A stretch of DNA of 64,000 nucleotides from an uncultured Dictyoglomota bacterium (GTDB taxonomy: Bacteria; Dictyoglomota; Dictyoglomia; Dictyoglomales; Dictyoglomaceae), in assembly GCA_964654465.1 (NCBI GenBank), contig CAZZIO010000035.1, positions 16,819 through 80,818 on the forward strand. Reading direction: 5' to 3'. Below the pieces are notes generated by a model. The model was not told the DNA's origin and did no database searches. It worked only from the letters and a program-made list of their open reading frames with translations. The position numbers were made by a program, and so were the translations under genes. Below, in pieces: positions 51,927-63,850 of the stretch; positions within the stretch are counted from its first letter, which is position 1; the number at the start of each line of letters is the position of its first letter.

Positions 51927-52812
51927 TTACTTCAAATCCATACTCTTTCAATACTTTTATAAGATCAGCTCTACTTTTCGCATCTATAGGGTTTAGTGGA
52001 AGTCTACATTTACCTACATTATACCCTAATAAATTTAATGCCTCTTTCAAAGGTATAGGATTGGTGGTTACAAAAAGTACCCTAAATATAGGTAAAAGTT
52101 TCAGATGTAATTCAGATGCTCTATTTACATCACCTTTAAAATAGCTATTTATCATTTCTTTTATTTCTTTTCCTACAATATGGGATGCTACACTTATCAC
52201 CCCATCTCCCCCCACACTTAAAAGAGGTAAAGTCATAGAGTCATCTCCACTATATAGTAAGAAGGGGTGTGGTAGAATTCTTCTTATAGTAGAAATTTGA
52301 TTCATATCACCGCTTGCTTCCTTAACACCCACAATATTAGAGTAATCATTGGCTAATCTTTTTAATGTTTCAGGAAGAACATTAACTGCTGTTCTGGATG
52401 GGATATTATAAACAATGATTGGTAGTGATGTTTCAGATGCTATTTTTGCAAAATGTAAATACAATCCATCTTGAGGTGGTCTATTATAATATGGTGCAGT
52501 AGCTAAAATACCATCTACCCCAATTTTTTCTGCTTCCTTTGTAAGTTCTATCGATTCTTTTGTACAATAAGTAGTTGTTCCTGCAATTACTTTAGCTTTG
52601 TTTCCTACTCTTTCTTTTATTCGTGCAAAAAGTTCTAATTTTTCCTTCTTAGACAATGTTGGAGCTTCGCCTGTAGTACCAGATACAAGAATGCTATCAC
52701 TGCCATCCTCTAAAAGCTTATCTACTATTCTATCTACTTCTTTCCAGTTTATTTCATCATCGTTACTGAAAGGTGTTATCATAGCAGTAATTAATGAACC
52801 AAAATGAATCAT
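51916..52812 (-). CDS. dapA: 4-hydroxy-tetrahydrodipicolinate synthase
   Basis: GTTGE, PYYNRP, YNIPSRT, GVKEASG; next to dapB. Confidence 0.96.
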   Translation of the reverse strand: MIHFGSLITAMITPFSNDDEINWKEVDRIVDKLLEDGSDSILVSGTTGEAPTLSKKEKLELFARIKERVGNKAKVIAGTTTYCTKESIELTKEAEKIGVDGILATAPYYNRPPQDGLYLHFAKIASETSLPIIVYNIPSRTAVNVLPETLKRLANDYSNIVGVKEASGDMNQISTIRRILPHPFLLYSGDDSMTLPLLSVGGDGVISVASHIVGKEIKEMINSYFKGDVNRASELHLKLLPIFRVLFVTTNPIPLKEALNLLGYNVGKCRLPLNPIDAKSRADLIKVLKEYGFEVNEG

Positions 52813-52828
52813 AAGCTTTACCTCCCCT

Positions 52829-53623
52829 CTATTCTAAAAAGCTTTCTAATCCATAAAAGAAACCATCTCTTTTTACAATCTCTCTTAAAGCCATAAGGAC
52901 ACCAGGAATATAACACTCTCTACTCAAAGCATCATGCCTGATAGAAAGGGTTTGCCCTATACCTCCAAATATAATTTCCTGATGAGCTACAAGTCCAGGA
53001 AGTCTTATACTATGAATATTTATACTTTCTACTTTCCCCCCTCTCGATCCAGGGAGTTTTTCAATCTTTGTAGCATCTTTATGAGTTAGATTATATTTTT
53101 TCATCTCTTGAGAAAGAAGTTCGGCAGTTAATAAAGCTGTTCCTGAAGGAGCATCTATCTTCTCATTATGATGCAATTCTATAATTTCTACATCAGGAAA
53201 ATACTTTACTATTTGTTTTGCAATCTGCATCATAAGAACTGCACCGAGAGCAAAATTAGGTGCAATCAATATCGAAGTCTTATTTCCTATAGCTAAATTC
53301 TTTATCTCTTCTATACTTTCTTTAGGAAGTCCTGTTGTTCCCACAACCATTCTTTTACCTTTCAACAAAACCTTCTTTATGTTATCATAAGCTGCTTCTG
53401 CTGTTGTGAAATCTACTCCTACATCAAAATCATCCTTTACTTCATCAATTGATCCTAACACATCTAAAGAAATTTTATCAGTACCTATAATTTTTCCATA
53501 GTTTTCCCCAGTAAATTTAGGATCTATTGCACCTACAAGTAACATATCATCTGCATCAACTATTGCCTTTCCAATAACTTTTCCCATCTTACCACAAGCG
53601 CCAAATAGAACCACTTTTATCAT
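52829..53623 (-). CDS. dapB: 4-hydroxy-tetrahydrodipicolinate reductase
   Basis: [33 protein letters not shown]. Confidence 0.97.
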   Translation of the reverse strand: MIKVVLFGACGKMGKVIGKAIVDADDMLLVGAIDPKFTGENYGKIIGTDKISLDVLGSIDEVKDDFDVGVDFTTAEAAYDNIKKVLLKGKRMVVGTTGLPKESIEEIKNLAIGNKTSILIAPNFALGAVLMMQIAKQIVKYFPDVEIIELHHNEKIDAPSGTALLTAELLSQEMKKYNLTHKDATKIEKLPGSRGGKVESINIHSIRLPGLVAHQEIIFGGIGQTLSIRHDALSRECYIPGVLMALREIVKRDGFFYGLESFLE

Positions 53624-54894
53624 AATACTCTCTCCCCTTTTAAAAAATTTTTTATTTGAGAATCTAAAGTACCTATTACTGCTAAAGAGAAAGGCTTGTT
53701 AAAGATATCCATTATAGTATCATTAACATCATCTATTTTTATCTTTCTTATCTTTTTAATCTTTTCAATCCAAGGAAAAACTCCTCCATATACTAGATAA
53801 GAGTCTATTAAATAAAAAAGTCTCTGCGTTGGACTTTCGATAGCCATAAGTATATTATTTATGATTTGTTTCTTTGCAAGATCTAATTCCTCTCTCTTTA
53901 TTCCATATTTTAAAAGTTTTTTCTTTTCTTCTGATAGAGTTTTAAAGGTTTCTAAAAATGAATTAGGAGAAGTAGCCGTATATATACCGAAAAGAGATGC
54001 ATCCCTAAAGGTAATAAGTTGGGTCTCAATATTATAAACTAAACCGCGTTTATCTCTTAATTCTCTAAATAATCTTGAACTTATTCCACCCCCTAATGAT
54101 ACAGAAAGGAGAGACAAAGCTTCTCTTTTTTCATGACCAGGTGGGTATCCTTCAGTTCCCCATATCAATTGAATTTGCTCAAAATTTCTTCTTAGAAAAA
54201 TATTTTTAGGTTTAAAAACAGGTGGTTTAGAAGAGATTTTTTTATTTACATTGTTGATATTTGACTCATTAAAAATAAAAAAGTTTCTGAAAGTTTCTTC
54301 AACTCTCTTTGTAGGGATATTACCACTTATGCCAATAATGAACTTATTTGGTACATAATGTTTTTTATAAAAAGAGACAATAAGATCTTTATTATAACTT
54401 GACACTTTTTTTTCAGTCCCAAGAATTTCTTTTACCAGTGGATGACCATCCCAAGATGCCTTCAGAAAATTGTCAAAGACTAATTCTTCAGGTGAATCTC
54501 TATACATTTTTATCTCTTCTTTAACTACCATTTTTTCTAACTCTATTTCTTCCTCAGTAAAATCAGGTTTTAATATAATATCACTGAGAAGTTTAACTCC
54601 TCTTGTAAAATGATATCCTAAAATCTTTAACGTGAAATAGGTAGTTTCCCTTGTGGTGAAGGCGTCCAACTCTCCGCCTAAGCGATCTATTTCTTCGTGA
54701 ATGTCATCAATTTTCCGGGCAGAATTGTTTTTGAAGAGTAAATGTTCTACGAAATGAGCTAAGCCATGCTCTTTTTTATCTTCATCACGGGTTCCTACCT
54801 TTACTGCTACTACAACATTCACGGTTTTTCTGCCTGGATTAAAATCATGAATTATCTTTAGACCATTTTCAAACTCTATTTCAGTAACTTGCAT
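53620..54894 (-). CDS. M16 family zinc peptidase
   Basis: Inverted zinc motif [24 protein letters not shown]; usual position after pnp. Confidence 0.92.
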   Translation of the reverse strand: MQVTEIEFENGLKIIHDFNPGRKTVNVVVAVKVGTRDEDKKEHGLAHFVEHLLFKNNSARKIDDIHEEIDRLGGELDAFTTRETTYFTLKILGYHFTRGVKLLSDIILKPDFTEEEIELEKMVVKEEIKMYRDSPEELVFDNFLKASWDGHPLVKEILGTEKKVSSYNKDLIVSFYKKHYVPNKFIIGISGNIPTKRVEETFRNFFIFNESNINNVNKKISSKPPVFKPKNIFLRRNFEQIQLIWGTEGYPPGHEKREALSLLSVSLGGGISSRLFRELRDKRGLVYNIETQLITFRDASLFGIYTATSPNSFLETFKTLSEEKKKLLKYGIKREELDLAKKQIINNILMAIESPTQRLFYLIDSYLVYGGVFPWIEKIKKIRKIKIDDVNDTIMDIFNKPFSLAVIGTLDSQIKNFLKGERVL

Positions 54895-54908
54895 CCTTTT
54901 AACATGAG

Positions 54909-56990
54909 TTATAGATCTTTTCTGCTCAGACTGATTCTACCCATTGGATCAATAGAATCAACCTTAATCAATATCTCATCTCCTAAATTAATCTCTTCTC
55001 TTACCTCACTTTTACCGCTTTTTGTAGTTTTAAACTTTGATATATGAAGAAGTCCTATTTTTCCAGGTAATATTTCTACAAATACTCCATAATCTGTAAC
55101 TCTTACAACTTTGCCTAAGAACACATCTCCTTCTTTTATCTCTCTAGTATAATTTTGTACCATTTTAGCTGCTTTTTCTGCTGATTCCTGATTGGGAGCT
55201 GAAATGTAGACTAATCCTTCAGGTTTTATATTTATAGTAGTATTTGTCTCTTCTATGATCTTCTTTATATTCTTACCACTCGGCCCAATAAGATCTCCAA
55301 TTTTATTAGGATTGATCTCTAATACCATGATACGAGGAGCATAAGGTGATATTTGAGGTCTTGGTTCAGGAATAGTTTTTTCCATTATTTCAATAATTTT
55401 GGTTCTTGCTTCTTTAGCTTGCCTCAAGGTTTTCTCGATAATATCAAAAGTAAGACCATCTACCTTTATATCAAGTTGTACTGCTGTTATACCATTACGT
55501 GTACCAGCTATTTTGAAATCCATACCACCTAAAGCATCCTCAAGACCTTGAATATCAGTCAATATTTCATACCTATCACCATCTTTTATTAATCCCATAG
55601 CCACACCAGCCACATGTGTTTTTATAGAAACTCCAGCATCCATTAAAGATAAACTACTACCACAAACACTAGCCATAGAAGTTGAACCATTAGAACTTAA
55701 GACTTCTGATACAACCCTAATAGTATATGGAAATTCTTCCTCCTTGGGTATAAGTGGGAGTAAAGCTCTCTCAGCAAGAGCACCATGCCCAATTTCCCTT
55801 CTCTTTGGCCCTCTTAAGGGTTTTGCTTCTCCTACTGAGAAGGGTGGAAAATTATAATGATGAATATATCTTTTAGGCTCATTCTCTATTACACTTTCAA
55901 TTATCTGTTCTTCTCCTGCACCTAAGGTTACTACAGAAAGAACTTGCGTTTCCCCTCTCTGGAACAAGGCTGATCCATGGACTCTACTAAGTACTCCTAC
56001 TTCACAACTTATTGGTCTTAACTCATCAAGTTCTCTTCCATCAACTCTTCTCTTTTCCTCCAATATAACTTTCTTTAATATTGCTTTTGCTTCTTCATTT
56101 ATAATTTCATCTATTTGTGCTTTTACTTCTCCATAGATAGGTTTCAAATAATCAAGAGCTTTTTTCTTTAGATCCTCTAAGGATTTCTGTCTTTCCGATT
56201 TACTGGGTGTAAATATCGCATCTTTGATTTTATCTAAGGTTACGAAATCAAGAACTGCTTGCTTTAGTCTTTCATCGACTACAAATGGATTATAAGAAAA
56301 GGGATTAGGATTTACTGTAGAGATAATTTCTTCTTGAAAGCTTATAGAATCTTGTAATGCTTCATGAGCTTTAACTATAGCTTCTAAGAAAATCTCTTCA
56401 GGTACTTCCTTGCCACCTCCTTCTATCATAAGAACAGCATCTTTAGTGCCAGCCACAACTAAATCTAAAAGCAAATCCTTTGATAAAGAAATAGATGGAT
56501 TTATATACCAATTATTACCATCCCAACCAATTCTAACCGCTCCTACTGGACCCTTAAATGGAAGTCCTGAGAGTATTATTGCGGAAGATGCACCAATGAT
56601 TGATGGTATATCTGTAGAATTTTCGTTATCATAAGAAAGTACAGTTACTATAACTTGTACTTCATTTCTAAAATCTTTAGCAAATAAGGGTCTTAAAGGA
56701 CGATCTATCAAACGAGCAAAAAGAATTTCCGGCTCTGTAGGCTTACCTTCCCTCTTGAAAAAACCTCCTGGAATTTTGCCTGCAGCATATAATCTTTCTA
56801 CATACTCAACTGTTAGTGGAAAGAAATCAACATCTTCTTTACTTTCTTCTGAAGCTACAACAGTAACTAAAACAGTGGTTTCTCCATATTGTACAAGAAC
56901 TGCTCCTGTCGCTTGCCAAGCAACCTTACCAACTTCTATTTTTAAAGGTTTTCCTGCATATTCTTTAGTAAATGTATAAACTTGCCGCAT
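54909..56990 (-). CDS. pnp: Polynucleotide phosphorylase
   Basis: [39 protein letters not shown] and S1 domains. Confidence 0.99.
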   Translation of the reverse strand: MRQVYTFTKEYAGKPLKIEVGKVAWQATGAVLVQYGETTVLVTVVASEESKEDVDFFPLTVEYVERLYAAGKIPGGFFKREGKPTEPEILFARLIDRPLRPLFAKDFRNEVQVIVTVLSYDNENSTDIPSIIGASSAIILSGLPFKGPVGAVRIGWDGNNWYINPSISLSKDLLLDLVVAGTKDAVLMIEGGGKEVPEEIFLEAIVKAHEALQDSISFQEEIISTVNPNPFSYNPFVVDERLKQAVLDFVTLDKIKDAIFTPSKSERQKSLEDLKKKALDYLKPIYGEVKAQIDEIINEEAKAILKKVILEEKRRVDGRELDELRPISCEVGVLSRVHGSALFQRGETQVLSVVTLGAGEEQIIESVIENEPKRYIHHYNFPPFSVGEAKPLRGPKRREIGHGALAERALLPLIPKEEEFPYTIRVVSEVLSSNGSTSMASVCGSSLSLMDAGVSIKTHVAGVAMGLIKDGDRYEILTDIQGLEDALGGMDFKIAGTRNGITAVQLDIKVDGLTFDIIEKTLRQAKEARTKIIEIMEKTIPEPRPQISPYAPRIMVLEINPNKIGDLIGPSGKNIKKIIEETNTTINIKPEGLVYISAPNQESAEKAAKMVQNYTREIKEGDVFLGKVVRVTDYGVFVEILPGKIGLLHISKFKTTKSGKSEVREEINLGDEILIKVDSIDPMGRISLSRKDL

Positions 56991-56994
56991 AACC

Positions 56995-57264
56995 TTACTT
57001 TCTCAAACCTAATTCTTGTATTAGTTTCTTATATCTTTCAAAATCTTTCTCTTGAAGATATTTTAATAATTTTCTTCTTCTTCCTATCATCTTTAAAAGA
57101 CCAACACGAGAATGGTAATCCTTTTTATGAACCTTCAAATGTTCAGTAAGCCTCTTTATCCTTTCAGTAAGCAAAGCAATTTGTACCTCTGGTGAACCAG
57201 AATCATTCTCATTCAATCTAAATTTTTCAATAATTTTTCTTTTTTCTTCTTTTGTTAAAGCCAT
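56995..57264 (-). CDS. rpsO: 30S ribosomal protein S15
   Basis: [24 protein letters not shown]. Confidence 0.99.
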   Translation of the reverse strand: MALTKEEKRKIIEKFRLNENDSGSPEVQIALLTERIKRLTEHLKVHKKDYHSRVGLLKMIGRRRKLLKYLQEKDFERYKKLIQELGLRK

Positions 57265-57295
57265 TTTTTACCTCCTTTTTTATTTCAAAAAATCG

Positions 57296-57325
57296 CCTAT
57301 AGCAATGGTAACCCATCACTATAGG
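57296..57325 (-). promoter_or_regulatory. rpsO 5' hairpin (candidate S15 leader, or terminator of the upstream operon)
   Basis: 13-bp stem CCTATAGTGATGG/CCATTGCTATAGG, directly downstream of TTGGCA-N18-TAAAAT (57363-57334). Confidence 0.5.
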
Positions 57326-57346
57326 TTAGTTATATTTTAACATAAA

Positions 57347-57955
57347 TTATTCAGTTATGCCAACCTTAGGTAATACAAACATCAATAAGTTTCTTTTTGC
57401 ATCATCATAATCCTTAGGATATATATACAAAATTCCATCATAACCTCTATCTTTTCTTTGAGAAAAAGGTAAAAACATAACATTGATTCCGTTTCTCTTA
57501 GCTACCTTTAATTTTAAATCTAACCCAAGTACAGGATTGATCTCTCCATTATTAGAAATCTCTCCTGTTCCTGAAATCTTTAGGTTTTTTGGAAAACTCA
57601 ATTTTTTCTCAAAACTCCAGAAAGCAAGATTTAAAATAATATCAGAAGATTTTCCATATATGTATATATCTTTTCTTGTTTTATATCCATGAAAGCTTTC
57701 CATTTTCACATTGGTTAGATTGTCCTTTAAATACAAATGACCCTTTAAAAAGAGAAAGATAAAATTATAAAAATGAGGTTTTTCTTCCTTTAAGAGTATT
57801 ACATAAAAATTATCAGGAAAATGTTGAGGCAGATTTTCTAAAATCTCTTTTATATTCATACAAAAACCATCATAAAAGTAAACGTAAAATTGGGATACTA
57901 TTTCTAAGATAAAAACTATAAATAAGAGTAGTATAATTATAGTTCTGATTTGCAC
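57347..57955 (-). CDS. Membrane-anchored Lon-type (S16) protease-domain protein, YlbL-like, without PDZ
   Basis: N-terminal TM; GKSSD...ISGTGEISNNGEINPVLGLDLKLKVA..NGINVMFLP; position after rsmD-coaD. Confidence 0.7.
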   Translation of the reverse strand: MQIRTIIILLLFIVFILEIVSQFYVYFYDGFCMNIKEILENLPQHFPDNFYVILLKEEKPHFYNFIFLFLKGHLYLKDNLTNVKMESFHGYKTRKDIYIYGKSSDIILNLAFWSFEKKLSFPKNLKISGTGEISNNGEINPVLGLDLKLKVAKRNGINVMFLPFSQRKDRGYDGILYIYPKDYDDAKRNLLMFVLPKVGITE

Positions 57956-58380
57956 TTTCTTATTAACTCTATTTCTCTTTCCAGTAAATTTTCAACCTTA
58001 TTCAAAAGATTATTAATATAACCTTCCATCTCCTTTTTAATTTCAGTTGCCTCTTTCTTAGCATTATTTATAATTTTCTCAGCTTCTTTTTGAGCTTCTA
58101 TGGTAATATTATTGCTACTGACAAGAAGCTTAGCCTTTTCCTTTGCGTTTCTTATAATATCTTCTGCATCCTCATAAGCTCTTTTGAGAATTTTATCCCT
58201 TTCTTCTACTATTTTTTTGGCTTCTGAAAATTCGGCAGGTATACTTTTCTCAAGATCACTAATAAGTTCTAAAAGCTTCTCTTTATCAAGAATAACTTTA
58301 TCCCAGACAGGAACAGTAGGTGAATTTTCTAAGATACTTTTAAGTTTTTCTAAGTTTTCCAATAATTTATCAATATCCAT
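57937..58380 (-). CDS. Conserved coiled-coil protein (DivIVA/ATPase-b-like)
   Basis: IPAEFSEAKKIVEERDKIL..A..DAEDII..AKEKA; commonly found right after coaD. Confidence 0.8.
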   Translation of the reverse strand: MDIDKLLENLEKLKSILENSPTVPVWDKVILDKEKLLELISDLEKSIPAEFSEAKKIVEERDKILKRAYEDAEDIIRNAKEKAKLLVSSNNITIEAQKEAEKIINNAKKEATEIKKEMEGYINNLLNKVENLLEREIELIRKCKSEL

Positions 58381-58382
58381 AC

Positions 58383-58868
58383 TTATCTTTTTACATTAAA
58401 TTTTTCATAAAGTTTTTTAGCCACACATTCTGGAACCAAATCCTCCACACACCCACCAAATTTGGCTATTTCTTTTACCATACTTGAACTTAAAAAAGTA
58501 TATTTAATATCACTAATTAAAAATACCGTCTCACATTCAGGATAAAGTTTTTTGTTGGTCAATGCTTGTTGAAATTCATATTCAAAATCTGAAACAGCCC
58601 TCAACCCTCTTATTATTATCCTCACATCTATTTTTTTAATATAATCCACTAACAAACCTTTAAAAGAGTCTACTTTAACATTAGGAATATGTTGTAGACT
58701 TTCTCTCAGCATGCTTAATCTTTCTTCTAAAGTAAAAAGAGGTATCTTAGATATATTTTCAGCCACTAAAACAATAACCTCATCATATATCTTAGCCCCT
58801 CTCTGTATTATATCTATATGACCATTGGTAACAGGATCGAAACTTCCTGGATATACTGCTCTAATCAT
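58383..58868 (-). CDS. coaD: Phosphopantetheine adenylyltransferase
   Basis: [31 protein letters not shown]. Confidence 0.98.
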   Translation of the reverse strand: MIRAVYPGSFDPVTNGHIDIIQRGAKIYDEVIVLVAENISKIPLFTLEERLSMLRESLQHIPNVKVDSFKGLLVDYIKKIDVRIIIRGLRAVSDFEYEFQQALTNKKLYPECETVFLISDIKYTFLSSSMVKEIAKFGGCVEDLVPECVAKKLYEKFNVKR

Positions 58869-59437
58869 GTATTTACTCCTTTACAACCGTAAAAGGATAA
58901 TACTGTTTCTCCATAATTTTTATTAAAAATTAATACCAAACTACTATATTCTTTTAAAAGTTCTGTTTTTTTGTGATGTTCTATTATTAACATGCCATCC
59001 TTTTTAAGCCATTTATTATCTCCTATGTATTTTACCACATCTTTCATCTTTTCTCCTAATTCGTAAGGTGGATCTGCAAAAATAATATCAAAAGTTTCAT
59101 GAGGATTTTTTCTAAGAAATGTAAAAACATCATCAAGATGAACTTCTGTCCTATTCTCTAATCCGAATTTTTTTAAATTTTCTCTCATTAATCTTACAGC
59201 AGGTAGATGTTTTTCAACAAATACTACTTTTTTCGCCCCATAACTTAAGGCTTCTATTCCCACAATTCCCGATCCAGCAAATAAATCCAAAAAGCTACAA
59301 TCTTTTATTTTTTCATCTAAAATATTAAAAATAGAACTCCTCACTTGTTCCATTGTAATTCTATAATTCCCCTTTTTAAGAGTCTTTATGGTCTGACCCT
59401 TCAAATATCCACCAGAAATTCTTACTTCAGAGGACAA
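58865..59437 (-). CDS. rsmD: 16S rRNA m2G966 methyltransferase
   Basis: [32 protein letters not shown]. Confidence 0.93.
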   Translation of the reverse strand: MSSEVRISGGYLKGQTIKTLKKGNYRITMEQVRSSIFNILDEKIKDCSFLDLFAGSGIVGIEALSYGAKKVVFVEKHLPAVRLMRENLKKFGLENRTEVHLDDVFTFLRKNPHETFDIIFADPPYELGEKMKDVVKYIGDNKWLKKDGMLIIEHHKKTELLKEYSSLVLIFNKNYGETVLSFYGCKGVNT

Positions 59438-61784
59438 TTCCCTTCTCCTTATAAGGAATATTCACTGAAAGATGTTTTTCAAGAATTAGTTTTTCATTAT
59501 CTTTCACTTCGATTTCATTTTTTATAACAGAAATAGCCTCTTCTCTTGCCATTTCTAAAAGTCTCATATTTTGAGATAAATCTGATATATTCACATTTAA
59601 AATTTTCATTGAAGGTGCTCCATGTTGTCTTACTCCAAAAAATTCACCAGGACCCCTAATATTAAGATCCTCACTTGCTATCTTAAAACCATCATTTGTC
59701 TCTACCATTACTTTTAATCTTCTTTTGGCCTCTTCAGTATTAGTATTAGCTATTAAAAAACAATAAGACTGCACTGATCCTCTACCAACCCTACCTCGCA
59801 ATTGGTGGAGTTGGGCAAGACCAAACCTATGAGCATCTTCGATAACCATTATAGAAGCATTTGGTACATCTACACCCACCTCTATCACTGTTGTTGCTAC
59901 CAACATTTTTATTTCTCCTTTTCTGAATTTTTCCATTATCATATTTCTTTCATCCCTAGGAACTAAACCATGGATAAGTCCCATAGGAATATGAGAGTAA
60001 TACTTTTGAAGCTCTTCAAATAACTTTTTTGCAGATTCCACCTCTAATTTTTCCGATTCCTCTATCAAAGGACATACAACAAATGCCTGTTTACCCTGCA
60101 TTATTTCCTTAGCTACAAAATCATAGATCTTTTTTCTATCTCTCTTAGAAACAAGATATGTTATTACAGGTTTCCTACCAGGAGGTAATTCATCAATTAC
60201 TGAAACGTCAAGCTCTCCGTATAAAACAATAGCTAAAGTTCTCGGAATAGGAGTTGCGGTCATAACTAAAAGATGAGGATTTTCTCCTTTTTTCCAAAGT
60301 ATAGATCTTTGAGTTACTCCAAATCTATGTTGTTCATCTATAATTACTAATCCCAATTTACTAAATTTAACATCCTCCTCAATTAATGCGTGAGTACCTA
60401 CAACTACAAATAATCGACCTTCAGCAAGATCGGTATAAATTCTATTTTTTTCCTTTTTAGATACACTACTTGTAAGAAGACCAACTCTAATTTCTAAAGG
60501 TTCAAGATATTCCCTCAATCTATTGTAATGTTGCTCTGCCAAAATTTCTGTAGGAACCATAAAAGCAGACTGATATCCGTTTTCATAGGCACATATTATA
60601 GAAAGGACTGCTATAATAGTTTTTCCAGAACCCACATCTCCTTGTAACAATCTATGCATTGGTCTTCCAGATGAAAGATCATTTTTAATCTCCTCCCAAA
60701 CTCTTTTTTGTGCATTTGTAAGTTCAAAGGGTAATTTAGAGATAAATTTCTCAACTAAAGTGTTTTCCGTTTTAAAGATAGGAGCCTTAAGTTGTTCTAT
60801 CTCTTGCTTTTTCCTAATTAATAATAACTGCATAAAGAAAAGTTCTTCAAAAAGAAGCCTTTTTGTAGCACTTCCCAAGGTAAGAAAGGAAGTTGGAAAA
60901 TGTTTTTCCCAAACACTTACTGGCTTATCTAAAAGATTATATTTCTGTTTTAAACTTTGAGGTATAGGATCTTCTATAAACATTGTATATTCTGTTAAAG
61001 CGTCATAAATTATTTTTCTAATTACTTTTTGAGAAAGTCCAGCAGTTGATGAATATATGGGAACAATTCTTCCCACATGAATCAATTCTTTTTCTTCTTC
61101 TTCTTCCAATATCTCATATTCCGGATTTTCAAATTCCCAATGACCCAAAACCCTTTCTGGTATTCCAGATAAAAGAACTTGAGTCCCAGGTGGTAAAACT
61201 TGTTTAATATATTTTTGATTATACCAGACAGCAAAAGCTACTCCTGAGTTATCTACCACTCTTGCCTTTACAATAGGGATTTTCTTATATAGTGTTTTTC
61301 CTTCCTCATATTCGATTATTTTAACTTTAACAGTAACCTTTTCGTTCTGTTTTAATTCTGAAATCTTTTTTAACTTAGATCTATCATCATAGTCTCTGGG
61401 ATAATAAGTTATAAGATCATGAAGAGTTTTAATTTCAAGTTTCTCAAACAATTTTGCTTTTTTAGGACCAATACCTTTTATATATTGTATCGATCTATTC
61501 CAAAAATCTTCAGATGAGTAGAATACTATAGCTTTATCAATTATTTCATATACTTTATCCACCACTATCTTTCTTTCATCCAAAGGTTTTATATCATAAT
61601 ATTTCACTAAATCTAATACCTTTTGAGTCCAGAAACCATTCCAGATAGGAAATTGATTAATAGCCACACTTACAGTCTTCTCTAAGCCATATTTAATAGC
61701 TTTATTTGAATATCCTGAAGAAATTTCTTTTTCAAGGACCGATTTTAGTCCTTTAATAATCTTCACTTTTTCTTGCATTACCAA
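59427..61784 (-). CDS. recG: ATP-dependent DNA helicase RecG
   Basis: RLLQGDVGSGKT, IDEQHRFGV, MTATPIPRTL, QLHQLRGRVGRG. Confidence 0.98.
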   Translation of the reverse strand: MVMQEKVKIIKGLKSVLEKEISSGYSNKAIKYGLEKTVSVAINQFPIWNGFWTQKVLDLVKYYDIKPLDERKIVVDKVYEIIDKAIVFYSSEDFWNRSIQYIKGIGPKKAKLFEKLEIKTLHDLITYYPRDYDDRSKLKKISELKQNEKVTVKVKIIEYEEGKTLYKKIPIVKARVVDNSGVAFAVWYNQKYIKQVLPPGTQVLLSGIPERVLGHWEFENPEYEILEEEEEKELIHVGRIVPIYSSTAGLSQKVIRKIIYDALTEYTMFIEDPIPQSLKQKYNLLDKPVSVWEKHFPTSFLTLGSATKRLLFEELFFMQLLLIRKKQEIEQLKAPIFKTENTLVEKFISKLPFELTNAQKRVWEEIKNDLSSGRPMHRLLQGDVGSGKTIIAVLSIICAYENGYQSAFMVPTEILAEQHYNRLREYLEPLEIRVGLLTSSVSKKEKNRIYTDLAEGRLFVVVGTHALIEEDVKFSKLGLVIIDEQHRFGVTQRSILWKKGENPHLLVMTATPIPRTLAIVLYGELDVSVIDELPPGRKPVITYLVSKRDRKKIYDFVAKEIMQGKQAFVVCPLIEESEKLEVESAKKLFEELQKYYSHIPMGLIHGLVPRDERNMIMEKFRKGEIKMLVATTVIEVGVDVPNASIMVIEDAHRFGLAQLHQLRGRVGRGSVQSYCFLIANTNTEEAKRRLKVMVETNDGFKIASEDLNIRGPGEFFGVRQHGAPSMKILNVNISDLSQNMRLLEMAREEAISVIKNEIEVKDNEKLILEKHLSVNIPYKEKGIVL

Positions 61785-63428
61785 CTATTCAACACCTAAA
61801 TAATAAAAATAATAGGGTTGACCACCATAAAGGAGTTCAATTGATAATGAAGGATATTGGTTATTTAATTTATTAACTAATTTCTCTGCTTCTTCCTTAG
61901 ATACATCTTTTCCATAGAAAACAGAAATAACCTCTGAGTCTCCATCAACAAGAAGCGAAAGAAGATCTAAACATACAGTCTCTATATTTTTACCAGCTAC
62001 TTTTACCTCATCATTCGTTAATCCAATAATATCTCCTTCTTCAATCTTTAATCCATTATAAGATGAATCTTTTACAGCCCTTGTTATTTCTCCAATTTTA
62101 ATTTTTTCAATACTTTTTTCCATTTTCTCTTTTAGAATTTCCCATGTATCTCTTGGGTTATATTCATAAAGAGCTCTTATTCCTTCTAAAACGTGCTTTG
62201 TGAGAATAATTACAACTCTTTCTTTATGTATATTTTCCAGCTGTTTTGCTGCTAATATAACATTTTTATTATTTGGTAAAACAAATACTTTTTTGGCTCT
62301 TACTTTTTCTACTGCATTTGAAAGTACTTCTACGCTAGGATTTAAAGTCTGACCTCCATTTACAATAATATCTACTCCTAATCCTTTAAATATTTCATTA
62401 ATCCCTTCGCCCCAAGAAACTGCAACAAATCCTATCTCTTTTAATGGAGTTATACTATCTCTATTTATCTCTTCTTTTAATCTTTCTTCATGTTGTTCTG
62501 CCATATTGTCGATCTTTATTCTCGAAAGCGAACCTAATTCCAAGGCTTTTTCTAAAACAAGACCAGGATGATTAGTATGAATATGAATCTTCAAAAGTCC
62601 AGGAGCCTCAGAAGTAACAATACTATCACCTTGACTCTCTAACCATTTCTTGAAACCACTGAAATCTGTATTTTCAGAAGAATTTATTATAAATTCTGTA
62701 CAATATTGATAAGTAATTACATAACTTTCAAGAACCTCTTTTTCCGGTCTTTCCTTTACTTCTATCTTTTCCTCTTTCTCCTTCATCGGTTTTTCTATGA
62801 AAATTTCTATCCCCCTAAGAACCTCATAGAATCCTGTCCATATCCATACAAGTCCCTGTCCTCCAGCATCTACAACTTTTGCTTCCTTCAAAATAGGAAG
62901 AAGATTAGGAGTGTTTGCTAAAGATTCTTTAGCTTTATTTAACATTCTTTCCATAATTAATGTAATGTCATTCGTTTCTCTTGAAGCAATTACCCCTTCT
63001 TTTACCCCTTCTCTTAATACTGTCAATATAGTTCCTTCTGTTGGTTTTATTACTGCTCTATATGCGACTCTTGTGGCATTTTGCCAACTTTTAATCCATA
63101 CTTTTGCATCAATATACTCATTTTCTCTCATTACCTCACAGAAGCCTCTTATTATTTGTGAAAGAATAACCCCAGAATTCCCACGAGCTCCCATTAATGA
63201 ACCTTTTATTGCAGCTTCTGCTATTGTCCTTATAGTTTTATTTTTAACTTTTCTAATTTCATCTAAAGTAGATTGAAGAGTATATAACATATTTGTACCT
63301 GTATCACCATCGGGTACTGGAAAAACATTAAGTAAATCTATCTCTTCTCTATGTTTCTTTAATTCGTAAGTTGCGTATTCAAAAAGCTTTATCAAAAGAT
63401 CTGAATCAATATTTTCTACTCTCATCAT
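61785..63428 (-). CDS. fakA: DAK2-domain fatty acid kinase subunit A (YloV)
   Basis: LNVFPVPDGDTGTNM, GARGNSGVILSQ, YCTEF, IHIHT, GGQPYY; ATGA overlap with the upstream gene. Confidence 0.93.
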   Translation of the reverse strand: MMRVENIDSDLLIKLFEYATYELKKHREEIDLLNVFPVPDGDTGTNMLYTLQSTLDEIRKVKNKTIRTIAEAAIKGSLMGARGNSGVILSQIIRGFCEVMRENEYIDAKVWIKSWQNATRVAYRAVIKPTEGTILTVLREGVKEGVIASRETNDITLIMERMLNKAKESLANTPNLLPILKEAKVVDAGGQGLVWIWTGFYEVLRGIEIFIEKPMKEKEEKIEVKERPEKEVLESYVITYQYCTEFIINSSENTDFSGFKKWLESQGDSIVTSEAPGLLKIHIHTNHPGLVLEKALELGSLSRIKIDNMAEQHEERLKEEINRDSITPLKEIGFVAVSWGEGINEIFKGLGVDIIVNGGQTLNPSVEVLSNAVEKVRAKKVFVLPNNKNVILAAKQLENIHKERVVIILTKHVLEGIRALYEYNPRDTWEILKEKMEKSIEKIKIGEITRAVKDSSYNGLKIEEGDIIGLTNDEVKVAGKNIETVCLDLLSLLVDGDSEVISVFYGKDVSKEEAEKLVNKLNNQYPSLSIELLYGGQPYYFYYLGVE

Positions 63429-63850
63429 ATCTCTTCCCAAGGAAATGGCTCCTTTTCTTCTTGAAGTCTTATTCCCCACACATTAACATTTATTTCTTTA
63501 ACTGATAAACCAGTTACCTTTTCAAGATTCCATTTAACTCTTTCCATAATATTATGGGCAACCTCAGGAATCCTGACACCATATGCTACAATAATATAAA
63601 GATTTATTTTTATTCCATTCTCATCAATCTCAACATCGACACCCCTATTAACCTCTTCCAATCTTAATAATTCAGAAATTCCATCTGCTATATTTCTTGC
63701 AGCCATACCTACTACACCATAACTTTGTATAGTTGCCATACTTGCAATAGAAGCTATGGCATTTGGTGAAACTTCGATCCACCCTATTTCTGTATAATAT
63801 TTTTGCTTATTTTTTTCTTTTTTAGATATAAAGTCTTGGATCCAACGCAT
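63425..63850 (-). CDS. Asp23/Gls24 family protein (YloU-like)
   Basis: YGVVGMA, LYIIVAYGVRIPEVA, VKEINVNV; canonical position before fakA. Confidence 0.9.
   Translation of the reverse strand: MRWIQDFISKKEKNKQKYYTEIGWIEVSPNAIASIASMATIQSYGVVGMAARNIADGISELLRLEEVNRGVDVEIDENGIKINLYIIVAYGVRIPEVAHNIMERVKWNLEKVTGLSVKEINVNVWGIRLQEEKEPFPWEEI

Noticed and set aside
1752-63276. Many 60-150 aa ORFs antisense to or nested in known genes (e.g. 12025-12477, 29230-29559, 34404-34772, 62911-63276)
   Set aside because: Shadows of well-supported genes, with no SD or recognisable motifs
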